The notes under the pieces were generated by a model. That model worked only from the letters and a program-made list of their open reading frames with translations. It was not told the DNA's origin and ran no database searches. A stretch of DNA of 44,127 nt, from the NCBI GenBank assembly GCA_015654855.1, contig JAATGA010000295.1:1-44127 (forward strand). The letters run 5' to 3'. The DNA comes from Rhodobacterales bacterium (lineage in GTDB: Bacteria > Pseudomonadota > Alphaproteobacteria > Rhodobacterales > Rhodobacteraceae). Position numbers and translations under genes: made by a program. Below are positions 27,264-37,059 of this stretch, piece by piece; the first letter of the stretch is position 1; every line of letters starts with the position of its first letter.

Positions 27264-28235
27264 TCAGCCCAGGCTTGCGCGGATGCGGGCCAGTCGATCC
27301 TTGCGTTCGGCGCGCACTTTCAGCGCCTCGTCCATGGTGACGTTGACGAAACGCACCTTGGTATTCGGTTGCAGTTGCCCGATCAGGTCCATATCGGCCG
27401 AGATCACCGCGCCGAGGGTGAAATACCCCCCGCCGGAAACCGCGTCGCGGTGAAGCACGATGGGCTCCTGCCCGCCGGGCACCTGGATCGAGCCGTAGGA
27501 ATAGCAGCCGTCGACGATGTTCGACGGGTCCGATCCCGCGCCGAACGGCTGTTCGCGCGGCACGAATTCCATCGGATGGCCGCCGCGGAAGCGATAGCCC
27601 ATCCGGTCGGCCTCGGGTGCCACGGTCCATTCGTCGGCAAAGAACCGTTCCTGGCAGGCCTCGGTCAGGCGATGCCAGTAAAGCCCGGTCAGCACGCGCA
27701 GTTCCACCGGCTTTGGCAGGCTGGCCAGCAGCGCCTTGTCCAGCGCGCGTTCGACAAGGGCGCCGGACGGTTTGCCGACAGGCACCACGTCGCCCGCCTT
27801 GACCGCCCGCCCCTCGAACCCGCCAAGCGCGCCGATCGGATAGGTCGACCGGCTGCCAAGCGCTGCGGGCGTGTCGATGCCGCCCGCAAAGGCGATATAG
27901 GCCCGCGCGCCGGATTTCAGGAAGCCGAAGCTGAGCGTCTGCCCCGCCTTCACCAGGAAGGATGTCCAGACCTCGCGCGGCGCGCCATCGACCTTGACCG
28001 GCATATCGGCCCCGGCCACCGCGACCAGCGTATCGGCGTCGAATTTCAGTTCCGGCGCCATAAAGGTGGTTTCCAGCCCCGCCGCCCCCTCGTCATTGCC
28101 GACGAGCATATTGGCGATGCGGAAGGCTGCACGGTCCATTGCGCCGCCTTCGGGAATGCCGAGGTGGAAATATCCGGGGCGGCCAAGGTCCTGAATCGTG
28201 GTGGACAGGCCGGGCTTGATGACCTCAAACGCCAT
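27264..28235 (-). CDS. biotin-dependent carboxyltransferase family protein (allophanate hydrolase subunit 2 / PxpC / KipA-like)
   Basis: MAFEVIKPGLSTTIQDLGRPGYFHLGIPEGGAMD is the canonical AHS2 N-terminus. 323 aa. Confidence 0.85.
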   Translation of the reverse strand: MAFEVIKPGLSTTIQDLGRPGYFHLGIPEGGAMDRAAFRIANMLVGNDEGAAGLETTFMAPELKFDADTLVAVAGADMPVKVDGAPREVWTSFLVKAGQTLSFGFLKSGARAYIAFAGGIDTPAALGSRSTYPIGALGGFEGRAVKAGDVVPVGKPSGALVERALDKALLASLPKPVELRVLTGLYWHRLTEACQERFFADEWTVAPEADRMGYRFRGGHPMEFVPREQPFGAGSDPSNIVDGCYSYGSIQVPGGQEPIVLHRDAVSGGGYFTLGAVISADMDLIGQLQPNTKVRFVNVTMDEALKVRAERKDRLARIRASLG

Positions 28236-29100
28236 TGAGGGCCTCCATCAGTTTCGCGTTGCTGCCTGCGACATCGGCGTTGAATTCGGTCAGATCGAAA
28301 GTCACCGGCGCGATGCGCGGCGCCCATGTGCCAGCCTTGATGCCGGCCTCGATCCGGTCGAACTCCGCCCGGTCGACGGGCTTCCACTTCACGATGTCGC
28401 CGGGGTTGAAGAAGACCATGAAGTCCCTGAGGTAGGACACGCTCTGGGTCGGGTCATAGATGGTGACCGGGGTGATCCCGAACATCTGATAGCCGCCCGC
28501 GCCCCGCACCGAATAGATGCAGCCGAACGCGCCGCCGTGGCCGATGGTATGTTTCGGCGTATCGGTGCGCGGCCGCAGGTATTTCGGCACCTCGATCTGC
28601 CGCTCGCGTTCGACGAGCTGATAGAGGAACGGCAGGCCCGCGACGAAGCCCACCATCGAGACGAACCAGGGGTTCGAGTGATAGGCCTCGATAAAGGCCG
28701 CCACGCTGTCATAGCCGTTGATGCGCGCCGCATAGTCGAGGTCGGATCCCGACGGGTCCTGATGCCGCTCGCGGAACCGCATCAGCGTTTCATGTGTCCA
28801 GGGGTCCTGGAAATAGACCGGGATCTCGATGATCCGCGTGTCGATGCGCTTCTCGCCCGCCTCGGCCTTGTGTTCCAGATCTTTGATCCGGGCCATGATC
28901 TCGTCGGGCGCAATCACATCGGGGTCGAAGCGCACCTCGAACGAGGCGTTCGAGGGACAGATCTCGGTCACGCAGGGGATCTTCGCCTCTGCCACCGCAT
29001 TGCGCAGCGACAGCGCGACGAAAAAGGCGTCGAGCGACATTTCCTCGTCGATCTCGACATAGACATGTTCGTCGCCGCCGAAGGAATACCTTGTTTTCAC
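28225..29100 (-). CDS. allophanate hydrolase subunit 1 / PxpB / KipI-like carboxyltransferase subunit
   Basis: KTRYSFGGDEHVYVEI...EICPSNASFEVRFDP... matches the AHS1 pattern. GTG at 29100 with AGGAGA RBS 6 nt upstream. Overlaps the AHS2 gene by 11 nt. Confidence 0.8.
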   Translation of the reverse strand: MKTRYSFGGDEHVYVEIDEEMSLDAFFVALSLRNAVAEAKIPCVTEICPSNASFEVRFDPDVIAPDEIMARIKDLEHKAEAGEKRIDTRIIEIPVYFQDPWTHETLMRFRERHQDPSGSDLDYAARINGYDSVAAFIEAYHSNPWFVSMVGFVAGLPFLYQLVERERQIEVPKYLRPRTDTPKHTIGHGGAFGCIYSVRGAGGYQMFGITPVTIYDPTQSVSYLRDFMVFFNPGDIVKWKPVDRAEFDRIEAGIKAGTWAPRIAPVTFDLTEFNADVAGSNAKLMEALNGV

Positions 29101-29110
29101 GGGCTTTCTC

Positions 29111-30475
29111 CTATGCTGCGCGGGGTTTGAGGTTGCCGGCCGCGAGCCAGGGCTCCAGCCATTGGGTATGGAAATCACCCGCCGCGACGCCCGGATCGGC
29201 GGCCAGCGCCAGATGCAGCGGGATCGTGGTCTTCAGCCCGGCGATCTCGATCCCTTTCAGCGTTTCGGCCATCAGCGCGATGGCCCCGGCGCGGGTCGGC
29301 GCATGGACGATCAGCTTGCCCAGAAGCGAGTCGTAGAAGGGCGGGATCTGATAGCCTTCGTAAAGAAAGTGGTCGAAGCGCACGCCCTCGGGGATCTTCA
29401 GGCCCGCGACCTTGCCCGGGAAGGGCAGGAACTGCATGAACGGATCCTCGGCGTTCAGCCGCACCTCGATGGCGTGGCCGGTGCAGGTGATCCGGTCCTG
29501 CGTGACCGGCAGAGGTTCGCCCCCCGCGATGCGCAGCATCAGCGCCACCAGGTCGAGGCCGGTGATCATCTCGGTGACCGGATGTTCCACCTGGATGCGG
29601 GTGTTCATCTCGATGAAGAAGAAATCGTCGGCAGCGGCATCGTAAAGGTATTCGATCGTGCCTGCGCCGCGATAGTTCACGGCCTTTGCCAGCGCGACGG
29701 CGCTGTCGCAAAGCGCCTTGCGCGTCGCCTCGGGCAGACCGAAAGCCGGGGCTTCTTCCCAGACCTTCTGGCGGCGGCGTTGCAGCGAGCATTCGCGTTC
29801 AAAGCAATGGACCGCAGCCCCGGTGCCGTCGCCGAGGATCTGCACCTCGATATGGCGGGGATTGCGGATCACCCGTTCCAGATAAAGCCCGCCGTCACCA
29901 AAGGCGGCCTCGGCCTCGGCCCGCGCCTGGGGGGCCAGACGGGCGAGGTCTTCGGGCGTCTCGGCGATGCGGATACCGCGCCCGCCACCGCCGGCGGCGG
30001 CCTTGATCATCACCGGATAGCCGATGGCTTCAGCAATCGCGACGGCCTCGGCCGCGACGATCCGCCCGTCGGAGCCGGGAACGGTCGGCACGCCGGCGGC
30101 TTTGGCCGCGACCTTGGCCGCAACTTTGTCGCCCATCCGCTCGATCGTTTCGGGCGTGGGACCGACGAAGATCAGCCCCGCCTCTTCGACCGCACGGGCA
30201 AAGCCGGCATTCTCGGCCAGAAAGCCGTATCCGGGATGCACCGCATCCGCGCCCGAGGCTTTGGCGGCCGCAACCACCGCTTCGATGTTCAGATAGGATT
30301 TTGCCGCCTGGGCCGGGCCGACACAGATCGCCTCATCCGCCAGCCGGACGGCCAGCATATCGGCATCGGCCTCGGAATGCGCCTGGACCGTGCGGATCCC
30401 CAGCGACTGCGCCGCGCGGATGATGCGCACGGCGATCTCCCCCCGGTTGGCGATGAAAAGCTTCTGGATCGCCAT
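29111..30475 (-). CDS. accC: biotin carboxylase (AccC-like) subunit
   Basis: MAIQKLFIANRGEIAVRIIRAAQSLGI, GYPVMIKAAAGGGGRGI and EMNTRIQVEHPVTE are present. 454 aa from the ATG at 30475. Confidence 0.9.
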   Translation of the reverse strand: MAIQKLFIANRGEIAVRIIRAAQSLGIRTVQAHSEADADMLAVRLADEAICVGPAQAAKSYLNIEAVVAAAKASGADAVHPGYGFLAENAGFARAVEEAGLIFVGPTPETIERMGDKVAAKVAAKAAGVPTVPGSDGRIVAAEAVAIAEAIGYPVMIKAAAGGGGRGIRIAETPEDLARLAPQARAEAEAAFGDGGLYLERVIRNPRHIEVQILGDGTGAAVHCFERECSLQRRRQKVWEEAPAFGLPEATRKALCDSAVALAKAVNYRGAGTIEYLYDAAADDFFFIEMNTRIQVEHPVTEMITGLDLVALMLRIAGGEPLPVTQDRITCTGHAIEVRLNAEDPFMQFLPFPGKVAGLKIPEGVRFDHFLYEGYQIPPFYDSLLGKLIVHAPTRAGAIALMAETLKGIEIAGLKTTIPLHLALAADPGVAAGDFHTQWLEPWLAAGNLKPRAA

Positions 30476-30479
30476 GGCG

Positions 30480-30713
30480 TCAGGCCAGCGTCGCAAGCGT
30501 TTCGCCCGCCATGACCGGCCCGGCATCCTCGGCAGCATAGGCGGCGAAGGTGCCCGCCTCTTCCGCCTGGACCTCGATGAAGGTCTTCATCACCTCGATC
30601 AGGCCGATGGTGTCGCCGACCGCGACCGCATCGCCTGCCGCCCTGAAGGGTGCGGCGTCGGGCGAGGGCTTGTGATAGAAGGTGCCGGGAAGGGGCGAAA
30701 GAATATCTGTCAT
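30480..30713 (-). CDS. biotin carboxyl carrier protein (short biotinyl-domain protein)
   Basis: 77 aa with GLIEVMKTFIEV (E-x-M-K biotinylation motif). It ends 4 nt before the biotin carboxylase start. Confidence 0.85.
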   Translation of the reverse strand: MTDILSPLPGTFYHKPSPDAAPFRAAGDAVAVGDTIGLIEVMKTFIEVQAEEAGTFAAYAAEDAGPVMAGETLATLA

Positions 30714-30729
30714 GGCTCTCTCCTGTCGG

Positions 30730-31509
30730 TCAGTTTTTGCCGATCACCATGGCCGCGGGGGCGATGGTGATCCCATTGTTCAAAAGGATCTTGCGGATAG
30801 CGCGGCCGATGGCCAGCGCGCCGGGGGTGTCGGAATGAAAGCAGATCGAGTCGAAACCGACCGCGACATCCTTGCCGGTAACGCTTTCGACCCGGCCTTC
30901 GAGGCAGGCACGCAGGCATTTCTCGGCCAGCTTTTCCGGCGAGGGCGGCGCGGCGCGGCGGGTGAAGACGATGGATCCGCTGTCGTCATAGTCGCGGTCG
31001 GCATAGAACTCGCGCACCACGGGCTGGCCCAGACGACGCGCGACGGCATAGGTCTCCGACACATCCATGCAGAAGATCGCCACGTCGGGCGATGTGCGGC
31101 GCAGCGTCTCGACCAGATGCAGCGACAGGTTCTCGTTCCGCGCGGCCTCCATATACAGCGCGCCATGCGGTTTGACATGCTGAAGCGGCACGCCATGCAG
31201 CCGGCCGAACTCGCGCAGCGCGCCGACCTGGTAGAGGATATCGCTGACCAGCTCGTCGGCCGAGGCGTCGATGCGGCGCCGGCCGAAGCCGATCAGGTCG
31301 CGATAGCCGGGATGCGCGCCCAGGCCGACCGAATGTTCCCGGCACAGTTTCGCGATGCGATTCATCTGCATCGGATCGCCGGCGTGAAATCCGGTCGCGA
31401 CATTGGCCGAGGAGATGATTTCCATCAACTCGTCCTCGGGCGCCTCGGCGATCGACCAATGGCCGAAGCCTTCTCCGAGATCGCAGTTCAGATCTATCGC
31501 CTTCGGCAT
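30730..31509 (-). CDS. pxpA: LamB/YcsF family protein (PxpA-like), copy 2 (divergent paralogue)
   Basis: [43 protein letters not shown] and [13 protein letters not shown] at 31509. First gene of the operon. Confidence 0.9.
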   Translation of the reverse strand: MPKAIDLNCDLGEGFGHWSIAEAPEDELMEIISSANVATGFHAGDPMQMNRIAKLCREHSVGLGAHPGYRDLIGFGRRRIDASADELVSDILYQVGALREFGRLHGVPLQHVKPHGALYMEAARNENLSLHLVETLRRTSPDVAIFCMDVSETYAVARRLGQPVVREFYADRDYDDSGSIVFTRRAAPPSPEKLAEKCLRACLEGRVESVTGKDVAVGFDSICFHSDTPGALAIGRAIRKILLNNGITIAPAAMVIGKN

Positions 31510-31709
31510 TCGCGGGTCCGGTTCTGTTCTTGTGCACGCAGAGTTCCGCAGGACCGGCGTCATGTAAAATTTAAATACAGCGTCGACAACTTTCAGAAAA
31601 TCAGATACCGATGCCGCGCGCGGCCAGGGCTAAACCACCGTGTTTCTTGTGATTGCAGCAAGTTTCGGCAAATGCCGAACCAAGGAAGACAAGAATCCTG
31701 AACTATGGT

Positions 31710-31724
31710 ATCTGAAAATCAGAT
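31710..31724. promoter_or_regulatory. LysR-type T-N11-A dyad ATCTGA-AAA-TCAGAT, 6 nt upstream of the LysR start codon
   Basis: Perfect 6-3-6 palindrome. The core GAAAATCAGAT recurs as a direct copy at 31596-31606, and TCAGATACC (31601-31609) / GGTATCTGA (31707-31715) form a distant inverted pair in the same divergent intergenic region. Confidence 0.5.
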
Positions 31725-31730
31725 GGAAAG

Positions 31731-32627
31731 ATGAATTTCAGGCAACTTAAATACTTCGTCGCCACGGCCGAAACCGGCCAGGTCAGCCGCGCCGCGAGCG
31801 AGTTGTCGATCTCGCAATCGGCGGTGACGACCGCGATTCGGGACCTCGAAGCGGAACTCGACGTCGAGCTTTTCACCCGCACCCCCCACGGGATGGAGAT
31901 GACCCAGCCCGGGCGCGAGTTGCTGGCGCTGGCCTACGAGATCCTGACCAAGATGGACGAGGCGGTGAACATCCGCGAAAGGGGCAGCGGTGTGGTCGGG
32001 CGGATCGTCATCGCCACGACCTATACGGTGATCGGCTACTTCCTGCCCGCACATCTGGCGCGGATTGCGCGACTGCATCACAACCTCGACATCCAGATTC
32101 ACGAGATGAACCGCGAAAGCGTCGAAGAGGGGCTGCTCGCCAACCGCTTTGACCTGGCGGTGGTGCTGACCTCGAACGTCAGCGACCCGGCCATCGACAC
32201 CGAGACCCTTTTGCGGTCGCGGCGGCGGCTGTGGCTGCCGCACGGACACCCGTTCGCGCTGCGCCGTCGGGTCGACCTGGCCGACATCACTCAGGAAAAC
32301 TATGTGATGCTGACCGTGGACGAGGCGGCGAACACGACGATGAAATACTGGACCTTCGGCCCGGTCCAGCCCAAGGTCACGCTGCGCACCTCGTCGATCG
32401 AGGCGGTGCGCTCGATGGTGGCGAATGGCCAGGGGATCACCGTCCTGTCGGATATGGTCTATCGCCCCTGGTCGCTGGAGGGCAAACGCATCGTCACGGT
32501 CGAGACGGAACAGCCCGTCCCGTCCATGGATGTGGGGCTCGCCTGGCGGCGTGGCGCCGAACTGTCGCCGCAGGCGATGGCGCTGTTCACCTATTTCCGC
32601 CAGACCTTCGATACGATCGCACTTTAG
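31731..32627 (+). CDS. LysR-family transcriptional regulator
   Basis: MNFRQLKYFVATAETGQVSRAASELSISQSAVTTAIRDLE is the canonical LysR HTH. 298 aa. Divergent from the carboxylase operon. Confidence 0.9.
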   Translation: MNFRQLKYFVATAETGQVSRAASELSISQSAVTTAIRDLEAELDVELFTRTPHGMEMTQPGRELLALAYEILTKMDEAVNIRERGSGVVGRIVIATTYTVIGYFLPAHLARIARLHHNLDIQIHEMNRESVEEGLLANRFDLAVVLTSNVSDPAIDTETLLRSRRRLWLPHGHPFALRRRVDLADITQENYVMLTVDEAANTTMKYWTFGPVQPKVTLRTSSIEAVRSMVANGQGITVLSDMVYRPWSLEGKRIVTVETEQPVPSMDVGLAWRRGAELSPQAMALFTYFRQTFDTIAL

Positions 32628-32733
32628 CGGGCATTGGCTACCCTACCGGTGCCTCCTGCCGGCCCGTCCTGGCGCATCGCTGTCTTCGAGAGGCGCTTAC
32701 ACGATCAGGGCCGCCGGCACGACCTGGGTGAGG

Positions 32734-33759
32734 TTATGTTTCCGGCCCATGCGCGCCGGGCAACCCCTTCGCCCGGCGCAATTGCGACACGTTGATCTGC
32801 AACACCCGGCGCAGACTGCGCGACAGATGCGGCGCATCGGTGAAGCCGGTGGCCCAGGCGATCTCGCTCAGCGAGCCATGGCTTTGAACCAGCAGGCGCG
32901 CGGCTTCGCGCAAGCGGATCTGCAACCAGAGACCCTTGGCGGTTTCGGCCGTCTCGGCTTCGCATATCCGATCAAGCTGGCGCCGCGACAGGCCCAGCCG
33001 GGCAGCGAGGCTGTCCACGGGTGTCGGTTTGGCGATGTTTGCCGTCATCAGCCCGATCGCCCTTTGCAACAACGGATTGTGCAACCGGCCAAAGGCCGAG
33101 GCGACCGGTGGCGGTGTCTCGGGCGCCCGCCTCCCGCTCAGACCCATCGTTGTGCAAGCCTGGCGGGCGGCCTGCTCGCCCTTGTGACGCTGAAGCAGGA
33201 ATGCGGCAAGATCCGCCGTGACCGTGCCTTCGAGCGAGGTGATACGCTTGCGGTCTTCGAGGAAAATCCGATCCGGCCGAAAGCCGACCTGCGGGAACTG
33301 CTCTTGCAGCACCGCGCATTCGGTCGGCGTCGCGCAGGCCGCGTATCCGTCCAGCAGTTTGAATCGCGCCAGCGTCGCGACCCCTTTGTCCCCGACCCCG
33401 ACAAGCGTGACGCCCAGCCTGTCGGCAGAGCGCAGATACCGGCTGACAGTGTTCGACCAGCGCCAGAGACGTGCGCTCAGACTGCCCATCACGACGATAT
33501 AGTCGAAAGCTTCCGGCCAGAGCAGCGCATCATGGGCAGCAATCTCCAGCCCGCCCATGGCAAGCGCCGGCTGGCCGGTGGGGGACATGATCGACAGCCG
33601 GTCCCGCCGATCATCCCCGTCGAACTTTTCAGGCAGATTCAACGTATCGCGAAGGCAGCCGAAGGCAGAGATCTGAAAATGGTCGAGCAAGAGGATGCCA
33701 ACCGCCAGCCGCGCGGAATCTGGTTGCAGCAGGACGGAATCAGACGGCGACATTTGCAC
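32734..33759 (-). CDS. GlxA-family transcriptional regulator (DJ-1/PfpI-like domain plus AraC HTH)
   Basis: N-terminal VGILLLDHFQISAF (DJ-1-like). C-terminal LAARLGLSRRQLDRIC ... IAWATGFTDAPHLSRSLRR (AraC HTH). Confidence 0.85.
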   Translation of the reverse strand: MQMSPSDSVLLQPDSARLAVGILLLDHFQISAFGCLRDTLNLPEKFDGDDRRDRLSIMSPTGQPALAMGGLEIAAHDALLWPEAFDYIVVMGSLSARLWRWSNTVSRYLRSADRLGVTLVGVGDKGVATLARFKLLDGYAACATPTECAVLQEQFPQVGFRPDRIFLEDRKRITSLEGTVTADLAAFLLQRHKGEQAARQACTTMGLSGRRAPETPPPVASAFGRLHNPLLQRAIGLMTANIAKPTPVDSLAARLGLSRRQLDRICEAETAETAKGLWLQIRLREAARLLVQSHGSLSEIAWATGFTDAPHLSRSLRRVLQINVSQLRRAKGLPGAHGPET

Positions 33760-33889
33760 GTTGGGCGGGCAGAACAGGAATGGTTGGGTAAAAATCTACA
33801 TCACTATGTCCTGTTCATACAATGAATATGCTTCGGGCGAGCCCTAGAATGGGTGGCACAAGAAAACGCCACCAACAGGAACGGATCGC

Positions 33890-35239
33890 ATGATGACTTA
33901 CAAAGGCGGGCTTCTGCCCCTCATCATTGCCACGACGACGGCGCTTGCCAGTCCGGGCTTTGGCAAGGACATCGACTGGAAGCAGGCCAGCGGCACCGAG
34001 ATCAACGTGCTGCTGATCTCTCACCAGTTTGTCGACGCCCTGCGCCCGCTTTTGCCGCAATTCGAGGAGAAGACCGGAATCCGCGTCAACCTCGAGGTTC
34101 TGGCGGAACAGGCCGGGAACGAGAAAATCCTGGCCGACCTCTCCTCGCGCGCGGGGCTGGTCGATGTCTTCATGACCTCGCCCCTCAACAACTGGCAGTA
34201 TGCGACTGCGGGCTGGATCGAACCGCTTGACCCCTATCTGGCGGATTCCTCGAAGACGGATGCCGAAACCTACAAGCTTGATGATTTCTTTCCGGGCGTG
34301 CTGTCATCCAACCGCTGGACACGCGAACCGCTCAAGGGCATCGGCGAGGGAGATCTCTGGGCTTTGCCCATCAACACCGAGACCTACATGCTGGCCTATC
34401 GGCCTGGCGTCTTCGCCGAACTCGGCCTGACCGCGCCGAAAACCTATGCGGAACTGCTTGGCATGGCTGACAAGCTGGACAAAGGGTCGGCCCAATACGG
34501 CATGATCACCCGTTTCGACACCTATTGGGATCTGCCTTTCCTGACATTCGGGACGATGCTGCAATCCTACGGCGTCGAGATGCTGGATAAAGACGGCGCA
34601 CTTGGAATTTGTTCGGATGCCTCGGTGCAGGCCACGGACGATTTCGTCACGCTGGTGAAGACCGCCTCGCCCGCCGGCGCCGGTGCCTTCACCTGGTATG
34701 AGGCGCTGCAAGGCTTTTCGTCCGGCCAGTATGCGCTGTCGTTCAACGAGGGCGATCTTTTTGCGCCGGTCTACGAGGATCCCGAGCAATCGGCCATCTC
34801 CGACGATGTCGCCTATGCGCCGACACCGCTTGGCCCGACCGGCGAGCGCAAGGCGGGTGCCTGGATCTGGGCCCTGTCGATGAACGCGGCCTCCGGCAAG
34901 AAGGATGCCTCCTGGCTGTTCCTCGAATGGGCAACCCTGCCGGAAACCATGATCGCGACCCATCTCGCGGGCAATATGAACCCCGTGCGCGCTTCGGCCT
35001 GGGCTGATCCGAAGGTTGCGGCCATGGTGGACAGCTGGGGATCGGAACCCGGCCAATACCGCAAAACCGTCGAGACGATGGAGGAAGTGGCCGCCGTGCG
35101 CTTTCCGCCCCACCCCGAGCTGACCCGCGCGCTTGACCGCTGGGCTTCCGCCGTTCAGGAGGTCTACTTCAAGGGAACCGATACCCGCAGCGCTCTTTGC
35201 GCCGCGCAAGACGACATCAAAGGTATGCTTGGTCTTTGA
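33890..35239 (+). CDS. ABC transporter substrate-binding protein (family 1, CUT1 sugar type)
   Basis: 449 aa with a signal peptide (LLPLIIATTTALASPGFG). Size and pattern fit extracellular solute-binding family 1. It heads the transporter operon. Confidence 0.9.
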   Translation: MMTYKGGLLPLIIATTTALASPGFGKDIDWKQASGTEINVLLISHQFVDALRPLLPQFEEKTGIRVNLEVLAEQAGNEKILADLSSRAGLVDVFMTSPLNNWQYATAGWIEPLDPYLADSSKTDAETYKLDDFFPGVLSSNRWTREPLKGIGEGDLWALPINTETYMLAYRPGVFAELGLTAPKTYAELLGMADKLDKGSAQYGMITRFDTYWDLPFLTFGTMLQSYGVEMLDKDGALGICSDASVQATDDFVTLVKTASPAGAGAFTWYEALQGFSSGQYALSFNEGDLFAPVYEDPEQSAISDDVAYAPTPLGPTGERKAGAWIWALSMNAASGKKDASWLFLEWATLPETMIATHLAGNMNPVRASAWADPKVAAMVDSWGSEPGQYRKTVETMEEVAAVRFPPHPELTRALDRWASAVQEVYFKGTDTRSALCAAQDDIKGMLGL

Positions 35240-35331
35240 TAAGGGCCGGGAACGCCCGCTGGCCTCGCCGTCAGGTCCGCGGGTGTTCTCCGGGCGCCTC
35301 CGCCGATCCTTCACCGACAGGAGTTGCCGTC

Positions 35332-36216
35332 GTGCACCCGAATAGCCGTGGCGCGGGCTCTTCCCGTATCGCTTATTACCTGATGTTTCTGCCGGCGTTG
35401 CTGATGCTGATTGCGGTCATGGTGCCCTTTGCCCAAGGCATCTACACCGCGATGACCGACCGCAAACTCTATGTCGAAACCTCCGGTTTCATCGGTATCG
35501 GCAATCTTACGATGCTCTTCGGCCAATCTGCGTTCATCGACGCTCTCTGGCGGACGCTGCTCTACGCGGTCGCCGTTATCGTGGTGCAGATCCCGCTGGG
35601 GCTTGGCGTGGCGCTGCTTCTGAACGCGAACAGCCGCCTGCAACCGATCTTACGCGGCACGCTCGTGCTGCCGCTGCTGATCCCGCCGGTGGTGGCGTGG
35701 CTTATGTGGAAGACGCTCATGCAGCCACAGGCCGGGCTTCTGAACTGGCTTCTGGGAACGCTCGGGCTGCCCGCGCTCGGCTGGCTTTCCCATATAGATA
35801 CGGCGCTCATGTCGGTGCTGCTGATCGACACCTGGGTCTTCACCCCGTTTGCTGCGCTGATCCTTCTGGCGGGGCTTCAGGCCATGCCGACCGACCAGCT
35901 GGAGGCTGCGAAAGTCGACGGCGCCTCGCGCTGGCTGGTATTCCGGGCGATCGAGTTGCCCTGGCTTGTACCTTTCCTTCTGCTGGTGGCGCTTTTCCGC
36001 GTCAGCGACAGCCTCAAGAGCTTCGAGCTCTTCTATGCGACCACGCGCGGCGGACCGATGGATGCGACCACCACCCTTCATGTCGCCGCCTATGAAGAGG
36101 CGTTCCGCTGGTCGAACGTCGGCCGCGCCATGGCCATCGTCTTCGTGCTGTGGCTGATTTCCTATGTCGCCGCCATGATCCTGACCGGGTTGTGGCGCCG
36201 CCGGTCGAGGGGCTGA
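35332..36216 (+). CDS. carbohydrate ABC transporter permease (MalF/UgpA-like)
   Basis: GTG at 35332 with ACAGGAG RBS. It has the EAA-loop region LEAAKVDGASRWLVFRAIELP. Confidence 0.85.
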   Translation: MHPNSRGAGSSRIAYYLMFLPALLMLIAVMVPFAQGIYTAMTDRKLYVETSGFIGIGNLTMLFGQSAFIDALWRTLLYAVAVIVVQIPLGLGVALLLNANSRLQPILRGTLVLPLLIPPVVAWLMWKTLMQPQAGLLNWLLGTLGLPALGWLSHIDTALMSVLLIDTWVFTPFAALILLAGLQAMPTDQLEAAKVDGASRWLVFRAIELPWLVPFLLLVALFRVSDSLKSFELFYATTRGGPMDATTTLHVAAYEEAFRWSNVGRAMAIVFVLWLISYVAAMILTGLWRRRSRG

Positions 36217-36219
36217 CCC

Positions 36220-37059
36220 ATGACGAAAAACCTGATCCCCCGCATGTTGCGTCTTGGGGCACAGCTTCTGTTCCTTGCCTTCTTCGTCGCCCCGATCCTC
36301 TGGATCCTGATGATGTAGTTCAAGGAGTTCCGCGACATCATCGCCTGGCCGCCGAAGTTCATCTTCAGGCCGACACTCGACAATTACCGCGCAATTCTGG
36401 TCGGCGACCGCCCCGGCCACTGGCCTGATTTCGTGCGCTTCATGTTGAACTCGATCATCGTATCGGGTTGTGCCGTGACGCTTTCGGTGATCCTGGGGGT
36501 GCCGGCAGCCTGGGCGCTGGCGCGCGGCGCGATTCCAGGTCGCGATCATATCGCCTTTACCTTCCTGTCGTTCCGCTTCGCGCCCGAGCTGATGGTCATC
36601 CTGCCGCTTTTTATGATCTACATGAAGATCGGGCTCTATGACACTTACATCGGCCTGATCCTGGCCCATCAGCTTATCTGTCTGCCCATGGTGATCTGGA
36701 TCATGATGTCCTTCTTCAAGGACATCCCCGCCGAGATCGAAGAGGCGGCACGGGTCGACGGAGCTTCGGTCTGGCTGACGCTTCGCGCGGTGATCCTGCC
36801 CATCGCGCTGCCGGGCATCGCATCGGCGACCATCATCGCCTTCATCTTCAGCTGGAACAATCTGATTTTCGGCCTGATCCTTTCGGGCGGCGCGACCCGC
36901 CCCGTGACTATGGGAATCCTGCAATCCATGACTTTCGACCAGATCAAATGGGGGCTTATGGCGGCCTCGGCCGTGATCGCGGCAGTGCCGGGCATGTTGG
37001 GCGCCATCTTTCTTCAGCGATACATCACGCGCGGCCTGACGATGGGAGCGGTCAAATGA
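36220..37059 (+). pseudogene. carbohydrate ABC transporter permease (MalG/UgpE-like) interrupted by one in-frame TAG at 36316-36318
   Basis: ATG at 36220 gives MTKNLIPRMLRLGAQLLFLAFFVAPILWILMM*FKEFRDIIAWPPKF... The same frame continues into track ORF 36433-37059, which carries the EAA loop EEAARVDGASVWLTLRAVILP. The TAG sits where this family usually has the Ser of an N-terminal SFK motif. Confidence 0.8.

Noticed and set aside
31510-31730. A guanidine (ykkC-type) or other riboswitch in the leader of the urea-carboxylase-like operon.
   Set aside because: I could not recognise the conserved riboswitch cores by eye, and the region is better explained by LysR-type dyads. An Rfam scan would still be needed for a firm negative.
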